A stretch of DNA of 64,000 nt from Candidatus Latescibacterota bacterium (GTDB taxonomy: Bacteria > Latescibacterota > UBA2968), in contig OZ242010.1 in the NCBI GenBank assembly GCA_965204745.1, forward strand, positions 128,001-192,000. The letters run 5' to 3'. Below, piece after piece: positions 57,704-64,000 of this stretch. How positions within the stretch are numbered: the stretch's first letter is position 1; each line of letters starts with the position of its first letter. Under the pieces are notes generated by a model. The model had not been told where the DNA came from, searched no databases, and was given only the letters and a program-made list of their open reading frames with translations. The translations under genes were made by a program, and so were the position numbers.

Positions 57704-58636
57704 TCACGCCTCCGCGTCCAATTCGCGCTGAAATTCACCCAGATCCGAGACTTGCACTGCCGAGCGATGCAACTGCTTGAGGCGTTGCAAATCTTCGATA
57801 GCTCGAATGCAACCTGCGACCTGATCGGCCCCGGCAGGATCAAAGCGAATCTCCAGCACGTCGAGAATCGCGTCCATGGTATGTTCCCTACCCCCTCGCT
57901 CAATGCCCTGCTCAATGCCCTGCTCAATGCCCTGCTCAATAAACTGTTCCTTGAAGTGTTCCTTGAGGTATTGGGCAAACGATGATTCACGCATAATCGC
58001 GTCCATAAAACCCTCCTGAGAAATGATACGCTTGATGGTGTTCGACTCATAAGCCAAGCCACTCATGACCGCCAAGCCACCCAAAAAGTTGATCTTGCTT
58101 GAATGATCCAAGGGCATCGCATCGGTCTTGCGGATACACTGACGCAACCATGCCTCTGAATCCACCCCCACAGGAGGTTTCATCAACGGCGCGAAAGGAA
58201 GCAAGCCCGCCTGACCCCCTTCAAGAATGCTTTGCCCATCCACCTCACTCAGCCGAATCACCTTGTATTCCACAAAGATGAAATGGCCGGGAAGTTCTTG
58301 CGTGTAGCATCCTGGATCGTGCCGCCCGGCATTGCGCCGCAAGTAGATCACACAGGAATAGACCGGCAGGCCATACTGCGCGATAATGTAACCCATGTAA
58401 TTGATCATGCGGCGATTCATCGGGGTGCCCGTGCTGTCGGTGGTTTGAAATTCCGTGTGAACCAAGGCCTCCTGACCGTCAAGGCGCACGCGAATCAGAT
58501 TATCGCTTCGACGCAGGTGGGTTGTTCGGTTTCGAGCAGACCGTCAACTTCCACATCAACTCGTCCGAGGATGAATTGGACGAGGTCGGCTGGATAGTTT
58601 TGAATCAGGTTTGGAAATTGTATCGTACTCGGCCAT
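57704..58636 (-). pseudogene. Second Rpn-family nuclease copy, frameshifted near the 5' end
   Basis: Highly similar to 28403-29380. A 2-bp deletion near 58610 and a 7-bp deletion near 58515 give a premature stop at 58556. (GIEQ)2 instead of 5. Internal AGGAGG-ATG ORF 57704-58006 is intact. Confidence 0.85.
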
Positions 58637-58709
58637 GTGAATTCTCCTAAATAAAGTCACTTCAGGGCATCTGAAGTAACGGGTCAATGCCACTGGTTGG
58701 ACGAATAAA

Positions 58710-59612
58710 TCACTTCCCCAAGACCGCGTTGACGACGCCATGGTTTTCTTTGAGCAATGCACGGGCCGTTTCTATGGAGACGGCCCGTTTTGTCATGACG
58801 AGGGCGGTTTTGAGGTCGCCCTGTGCGAGGGCGAGGGCGCGGCGACTTTCTTCTGGCGTTAAGTCCGCGACGAGGCCCAAAATGCGTTGGGCGCGGTCCG
58901 CGAGTTTGTCGCAGGTGGGTGCGAGATCGACCATCAGGTTTTCATAGACCTTGCCCATGCGGATCATCGCGGTCGTGGTGATCATGTTGAGGACGAGTTT
59001 GGTCGCTGTGCCCGCTTTCATGCGCGTGGATCCGGCGATGACTTCCGGGCCGACGACCGGGGCGATAACGACATTTGCACACACCTCTCGATTGGGATTG
59101 CAAGTGAAAAACACGGTCTTCGCGCCGATGCGATAGGCGTAGTCGAGCGCGCCGAGCACAAAGGGCGTAACCCCACTCGCGGCAATGCCCATCACGACAT
59201 CATCAGCGGAACAGGCGCGGGCTTCAAGGGCGGCTCGTCCGGCTTCGGGCTGGTCTTCCGCGCCTTCTTGGGATCGGGTCAACGCGGGTGTGCCGCCTGC
59301 GATGATGCCGTGTACCAGGTCGGGTTGTACCCCATAAGTCGGCGGGCATTCAGCCGCGTCGAGCACGCCGAGGCGCCCGCTTGTGCCCGCGCCCACGTAA
59401 AAGAGCCGCCCGCCCTTTTGAAATGCTTTGACCACGAGATCCACGGCTTTGGCTATGTCGCCTATCGCGCCTTCAACCGCATGGGCGACTTTTTGGTCTT
59501 CGGCATTGATGATCCGAAGTGCATCCGCAGTCGAACACCGGTCGATGTAGGTGCTGTTGGGATTGCGCTGCTCCGTGAGCAACCCCGCCCATTTTGAGAT
59601 TGGATTATTCAT
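58710..59612 (-). CDS. murQ: N-acetylmuramic acid 6-phosphate etherase
   Basis: LTEQRNP, YVGAGTSGRLGVLDAAECPPTYG, EGAED, GIAASG, GPEVIAGSTRMKAGTATKLVLNMITT. Confidence 0.96.
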   Translation of the reverse strand: MNNPISKWAGLLTEQRNPNSTYIDRCSTADALRIINAEDQKVAHAVEGAIGDIAKAVDLVVKAFQKGGRLFYVGAGTSGRLGVLDAAECPPTYGVQPDLVHGIIAGGTPALTRSQEGAEDQPEAGRAALEARACSADDVVMGIAASGVTPFVLGALDYAYRIGAKTVFFTCNPNREVCANVVIAPVVGPEVIAGSTRMKAGTATKLVLNMITTTAMIRMGKVYENLMVDLAPTCDKLADRAQRILGLVADLTPEESRRALALAQGDLKTALVMTKRAVSIETARALLKENHGVVNAVLGK

Positions 59613-59712
59613 GAAATGCAACCACAGATAAACGCGGAGAGAAAGTTGAAGTATCCACTTTTTTTATCCATCAGAAGGAATCACAATTTTGGCGATTGTG
59701 AGCCAATAACCA

Positions 59713-60071
59713 ATGTGTTGCTTGCTCATTTAAGGCGTTTGGTCCTACAGCCTCGTTGGTTGCCTCCGATGCCTTCGGCGACCTACTTTTTTTCAACAGC
59801 AAAAAAAGTAGGCGAGCGGGGTACAACTGCCCCAGCAGTTCAAAAATGCCGCTCTCAAACGCCGAGGGGCTTGCACAGCGCAAAGCGCTTTTGTAACAGA
59901 ACGATATGCGCCAGCCTGCAAAGTGGGTTGCATAATGGACGTTGGTTGCCAATGGACTTGCGCGCTGTGCGTGATGGCTTGATCGGAGGAGTTTTGCGAG
60001 GGCACTTGTTGGGATGCCTTCTTTGAACTGCGGAACGTCAGGGCTTGATTTTCTCGATAAACCGCTCAAGC
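59713..60071 (-). repeat. Inverted second copy of the 14731-15066 element core, with an inserted module
   Basis: Reverse-complement match. Extra ggcgagcggggtacaactgccccagcagttc at about 59810-59841. The 12-bp TIRs are absent. Confidence 0.8.
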
Positions 60072-60100
60072 CCTACGGGTGATGGGCACGCCCTGCTTTT

Positions 60101-62836
60101 TCATTTTTCTCCATTCATGCGCCGAAGGGTTTGGCGCAGGGCGTCGATGCTGTGTCCGTAGTCGGAGAACGCGCCTGCGCGCAAGTGTTTTTGGGCCGTT
60201 TCAAATTGGCGATAGGCTTGGCGGGCGAGGGCCTCGAGGTCTTCGGGCAACTGTGCATCGGACGGTGGGGCGTCTGAGTTGGCGAAAACCCGGTCGAGCG
60301 CGTCGTCGAGGTCTTCGCCCATTGCCAAGCGATCCCCGTGAATCGCGAGCACGCGCTTGAGTTCGGGCATGCCGTGTTGGGACGCGCGCAAATAGAGCGG
60401 TTCGACGTAGATGAACGAATTGCGGATGGGAATGACCAGCAAATTGCCGCGGATCACATCCGAGCCGCGCTGGTCCCAAAGGGTGATCTCGCGGGAAATA
60501 TCCGTGTCTTGGTTGATGCGTTGTTCGATGAGCATCGGCCCGTAGATGAGTTTTTCCTTGGGCAATTTATAGACCACGAGTTGACCGTAATTCTCCCCGT
60601 CGCAGCGCGCGAAAATCCAGCCGATCATGTTGGGCTTGTTCGACGGCGTGGCCGGCAACATGAGGATGTATTCCTCGCGCTCCTCACCGGGCAAGCGCGC
60701 CATCACGTAATACGGGCGCATGCGAATGGGGCGGTCCATCGTGCCGTAGTATTCCGTGGGGATTTCCCAAACGTCTTCGCGGTTGTAGAACACGATAGGC
60801 GTGGTCATGTGATACGTGTTGTAGAGCGACGCCTGAATGTCGAACAGGTCGAGGGGATAGCGCAGGTGGGCGCGCAGGGACGGACGGATTTCATCCGCGG
60901 ATTTGAACAGGTCCGGGAAAATCGCCATGTACGTCTCGAGCAACGGGTCGGTCGGATCCCAGGCGTAAAAGGTGACGCTACCATGGTACGCGTCCAACAC
61001 CACTTTGACCGAATTGCGGATGTAATTCATCTCCCGCACGTAAGGCCGGCCATAAGGCATGGAATAGGGGAACATGTTGGAGACCGTATAGGCGTCCTGA
61101 ATCCACACCAAGCGTTGGTCGACTAAGGCGAGATAGGGGTCGCTGTCAAAGTGGAGAAACGGGGCGATTTTGTCAAAGCGGCGCGGCGCGGTTTCGCCAA
61201 AGCGCGTGCCGATGTGCCGGTCGAAGATGATGCGGCTCTGCGCCGTAATCGCGTCGGTAAAGAGGATGAAGGGATCCGCAAAGCGCAGGGCAAAGCCGAG
61301 GCGCGTCAAAAACCCGCCCATGGGCACGCCGCCGCGCCCTTTGTACGTGGTGTAAATATTTTCGTCGCCTTTGGGATAGTCGAACTCCGGGGTGTTGGTC
61401 TGCACGATGACGTAGTCGCGCATGTCCTCCCCGTAGTAGAGTTCCGGGCGGGCGACGACGAGGCCGGGCGACGTGGCGGGCGGGATGTCCTTGAGCAGAA
61501 ACCCGGGCAGGCCCTCGGCCGCGATCTCATTGGCCGGGCTCATCACCAGCCCGTACCCGTGCGTGTACACGAGGTGGCGATTGACCCACGTATCCCCGGG
61601 CAAATCGCGCGGGTTTCGGGCGAGTTCGCGTGCGGCCAGCATGACCTGCCGATACGCCCCGTCAATGCGATACCGGTCCACATCCACACTGCGGAATTTG
61701 TAGTAGGAGCGGATCTCCTGAATCTGCGAGTACGTGTCCATCAAGGGCCGGCGATCCCACAGGGGAATGCTTTGGATGGTGGCCTGATTGGTTTCGATAT
61801 CGCTCGCCGTGAGGTCCGATTCCCCGGGAAAGGGCACTTCCTCGATTTTGTCCAGCGCGTACGCCGTGCGCGTGTAGTCGATGGCGTGTCGGATATACGG
61901 GGCTTCGCGGTCAAATTCATTGGCTCGCACGACCACGAGTTCAAACGCCATGGGGACGAACCAACTCAGAACGACGAGCGCGCCGAGGTAGGCCGCCGCG
62001 CCAAACCCGGGGATTTTCCAAGTGCGGACGCGCGCGTTGTAGGCGAGCGACAAGGCGAGTGCGACAAGGCCGACGAGCATGGCGCGATAGGCCAGTATTT
62101 GAATGTTGAGGTCCGTATAGCCCGCGCCGAAAAAGGCTTCTTTGCGAGAGGAATAGAGCAGTTCGTATTCCTTCAGCCAATAGCCCCACGCGAGCAACAA
62201 GGCGATTCCCGCAGCGAGAATCGAGACATGGGCGCGCACATGCGGGATCGTGATCCAGCGTTTGTCGTCATACCGAATCGCGCGGTCTCGGTGATAGGAT
62301 ACCACAGTGGCAATGCCCGTGACGATCAAGGCGGCGATGAGCCAGCCCTGCAAAAAATTGTACAGGGGCAGGCGGAACGCGTAAAACGCGATGTCCCGCC
62401 CAAAGATGGGATCCGCCAAGCCAAAGCTGGAGGGATGCGCGTATTTGAGGACGACGATCCAGGACGAGGTGCCCGCAACGCCCATAAAAAAGGACAACAG
62501 CGCGATAATGCCGATCCACGCATATTGTTGCCTGCGGGCGTGATCCGGAGGCATGGCAACATCGCCATCGATGACGACCTGTAGCGCCATGATGCGCGTG
62601 GGCTGTCCGTAATACCGCGCTGCAAAAATACTCACGCCGCAGATCAGGGCAAACGCGCTGCCAAATGCGAACAAGACGAGGGTCTTGGTGCGGATGATCG
62701 TGACAAAGGTATCGCGGAACCCGAGTTCTGAAAACCAGAGGTAATCGGTTGAAACCACCGCGACCAGCCTGAGCACGACAAAAACAGCGAGCACGGCAAA
62801 ACAAGAGATGAGGAGGATGAAGGCGCGTTTTGACAT
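60101..62836 (-). CDS. UPF0182-family membrane protein
   Basis: TDYLWFSELG, DPIFGRDIAFYAFRLP, GAGYTD, IPLWD, QIQEIRSYY, WVNRHLVYTHGYG, NYIRNSVKVV.DAY.G, VIRGNLLVIP. Confidence 0.93.
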   Translation of the reverse strand: MSKRAFILLISCFAVLAVFVVLRLVAVVSTDYLWFSELGFRDTFVTIIRTKTLVLFAFGSAFALICGVSIFAARYYGQPTRIMALQVVIDGDVAMPPDHARRQQYAWIGIIALLSFFMGVAGTSSWIVVLKYAHPSSFGLADPIFGRDIAFYAFRLPLYNFLQGWLIAALIVTGIATVVSYHRDRAIRYDDKRWITIPHVRAHVSILAAGIALLLAWGYWLKEYELLYSSRKEAFFGAGYTDLNIQILAYRAMLVGLVALALSLAYNARVRTWKIPGFGAAAYLGALVVLSWFVPMAFELVVVRANEFDREAPYIRHAIDYTRTAYALDKIEEVPFPGESDLTASDIETNQATIQSIPLWDRRPLMDTYSQIQEIRSYYKFRSVDVDRYRIDGAYRQVMLAARELARNPRDLPGDTWVNRHLVYTHGYGLVMSPANEIAAEGLPGFLLKDIPPATSPGLVVARPELYYGEDMRDYVIVQTNTPEFDYPKGDENIYTTYKGRGGVPMGGFLTRLGFALRFADPFILFTDAITAQSRIIFDRHIGTRFGETAPRRFDKIAPFLHFDSDPYLALVDQRLVWIQDAYTVSNMFPYSMPYGRPYVREMNYIRNSVKVVLDAYHGSVTFYAWDPTDPLLETYMAIFPDLFKSADEIRPSLRAHLRYPLDLFDIQASLYNTYHMTTPIVFYNREDVWEIPTEYYGTMDRPIRMRPYYVMARLPGEEREEYILMLPATPSNKPNMIGWIFARCDGENYGQLVVYKLPKEKLIYGPMLIEQRINQDTDISREITLWDQRGSDVIRGNLLVIPIRNSFIYVEPLYLRASQHGMPELKRVLAIHGDRLAMGEDLDDALDRVFANSDAPPSDAQLPEDLEALARQAYRQFETAQKHLRAGAFSDYGHSIDALRQTLRRMNGEK

Positions 62837-62873
62837 GGGGATTTCCAGAGAAAAGCAACCACAGATGAACTTT

Positions 62874-63170
62874 GCGCGAGGGGACCTATCCCCCGGCCCC
62901 TTTCCTAAAAGGAAAGGAGAGTAAAATTCCTTTGATGGCTTCTAGCTACGGTTGCTCTGATGGCGTGGCGCGAGGGGACCTATCCCCCGGCCCCTTTCCT
63001 ACGAGGAAAGGGGAGTAAAGTGCCTTTGATGGCTTATCAATGGCTACTCTGGTGGCGTTGCGCGAGGGCATAAAGCGATTAAAAAACCGCTCGCCATTCC
63101 CCCCTTCCTCACAGGCACAGGCGTAGCCTACAACGAAGCGTAGCGAGTAACGGGGCCAGGGGGGTAGGTC
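62874..63170. repeat. Cluster of GGGACCTA(T/C)CCCC.GGCCCC...AGGAA.GG palindromic repeats
   Basis: Two ~68-bp direct copies (62874-62941 and 62968-63035) and an oppositely oriented arm at about 63097-63171. Same family at about 28065 and 55523. Confidence 0.8.
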
Positions 63171-63376
63171 CCGATAGGAAGTAGGTCTAAAGTACAAGAA
63201 ACAAATGGGTTGAACAACATTTTTGTCTGCGCGACTTCCGCAGCGACGTACGCATGTTGCTCGTTGCCCAATTTTTTCTTGCCGTGTGTAATGATACCGC
63301 CTAAATTGATGCGTTGTTCGTCGGGTAGTTGAGAGATCGCATCGCTTGTACGCAAAAAATGAAGTGAGACGAGAAC

Positions 63377-64000
63377 ATGGACACCATCCAACCATTGCAG
63401 ACGCCGCGCACCAAACCGCCTGTGGCGCATAAGGACCTCGCGCATCGCGCATTGCGCCGAGACGAATTTTGGCGGCGCGTGCCCGGGTTTAAGCACATCG
63501 ATGCGCGCACCTTTCACTCGCATGAGTTTCAGGCGCGGCATTCGATCACCAATGTGGGCAAGTTGCAGGCGGCTATTGGCGAACTCGCGTCTGACGCTTT
63601 TTACCGAGAGGTCGCGGCGGGCTTGCAACACGCGCCGATGAGCGTGCGAATTTCGCCGTACATCTTGAGCTTGATCAACTGGGACGATCCGTATGGCGAT
63701 CCGCTTCGCAAACAGTTTTTGTCTCTGCGCGGCGAGCAACGCCCCGATCACCCGGAATTGCTCCTCGATTCGCTCAATGAATTGGGAGACGCGCCCGTCG
63801 CGGGCTTGACGCATCGCTATCCGGATCGCGTGTTATTTCTCGTGTTGGACACCTGCCCGGTGTATTGCCGGTTTTGCACGCGAAGCTATGCGGTGGGGTT
63901 GGATACAGAGGATGTCGAAAAGGTGAAGTTGCGGGTCAATCGGGCGCGGTGGGACGACGCGATAGGGTATATTCAATCGCGCATCGAGGTCGAAGATGTG
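63377..64000 (+). CDS. kamA: KamA-family radical SAM enzyme (lysine 2,3-aminomutase-like), runs off the window end
   Basis: Translated by hand from ATG 63377: ...PMSVRISPYILSLINWDDPYGDPLRKQF...GLTHRYPDRVLFLVLDTCPVYCRFCTRSYAVG (CxxxCxxC). Absent from the ORF track because no stop is reached. Confidence 0.88.
   Translation, partial: MDTIQPLQTPRTKPPVAHKDLAHRALRRDEFWRRVPGFKHIDARTFHSHEFQARHSITNVGKLQAAIGELASDAFYREVAAGLQHAPMSVRISPYILSLINWDDPYGDPLRKQFLSLRGEQRPDHPELLLDSLNELGDAPVAGLTHRYPDRVLFLVLDTCPVYCRFCTRSYAVGLDTEDVEKVKLRVNRARWDDAIGYIQSRIEVEDV

Noticed and set aside
58500-58636. Compensating frameshifts (-2 and -7) restoring the second Rpn gene
   Set aside because: A TGA at 58556-58558 lies between the two deletions in the shifted frame, so full-length protein is not expected.
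63128-63814. 228-aa minus-strand ORF
   Set aside because: Antisense to the KamA-family gene, which has clear HRYPDR and CxxxCxxC motifs on the plus strand.

Overview
Bacterial genomic DNA of fairly high GC content. The gene content (T9SS-like cargo plus PorV/PorQ-family pair, dockerin/EF-hand tails, YWTD eukaryote-like repeats) suggests an FCB-group organism such as a Latescibacterota-like animal or sponge symbiont; this is inference. Housekeeping and metabolic genes include uvrB, a galE-galT fusion, a sulfatase, a Gfo/Idh/MocA oxidoreductase, a sigma-70 factor, an ABC exporter, MoxR, NFACT/RqcH, a ClpX-like ATPase, murQ, UPF0182 and a partial kamA. They are interleaved with surface proteins: an S8 protease, an IS982-truncated YWTD beta-propeller protein and a 6938-aa adhesin. 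The main observations are: (1) a PARIS-like ABC-ATPase + TOPRIM cassette inserted into the 3' end of uvrB between 27-bp direct repeats; (2) several unrelated short-repeat families in intergenic DNA that mostly follow one strand-polarity rule relative to stop and start codons, often supply stop codons, and in one case form an in-frame N-terminus; (3) constant-framework, hypervariable-loop domains in both large surface proteins; (4) two Rpn-family genes with an internal RBS+ATG, one frameshifted upstream of an intact internal ORF. No rRNA, tRNA, CRISPR array or reverse transcriptase was seen.
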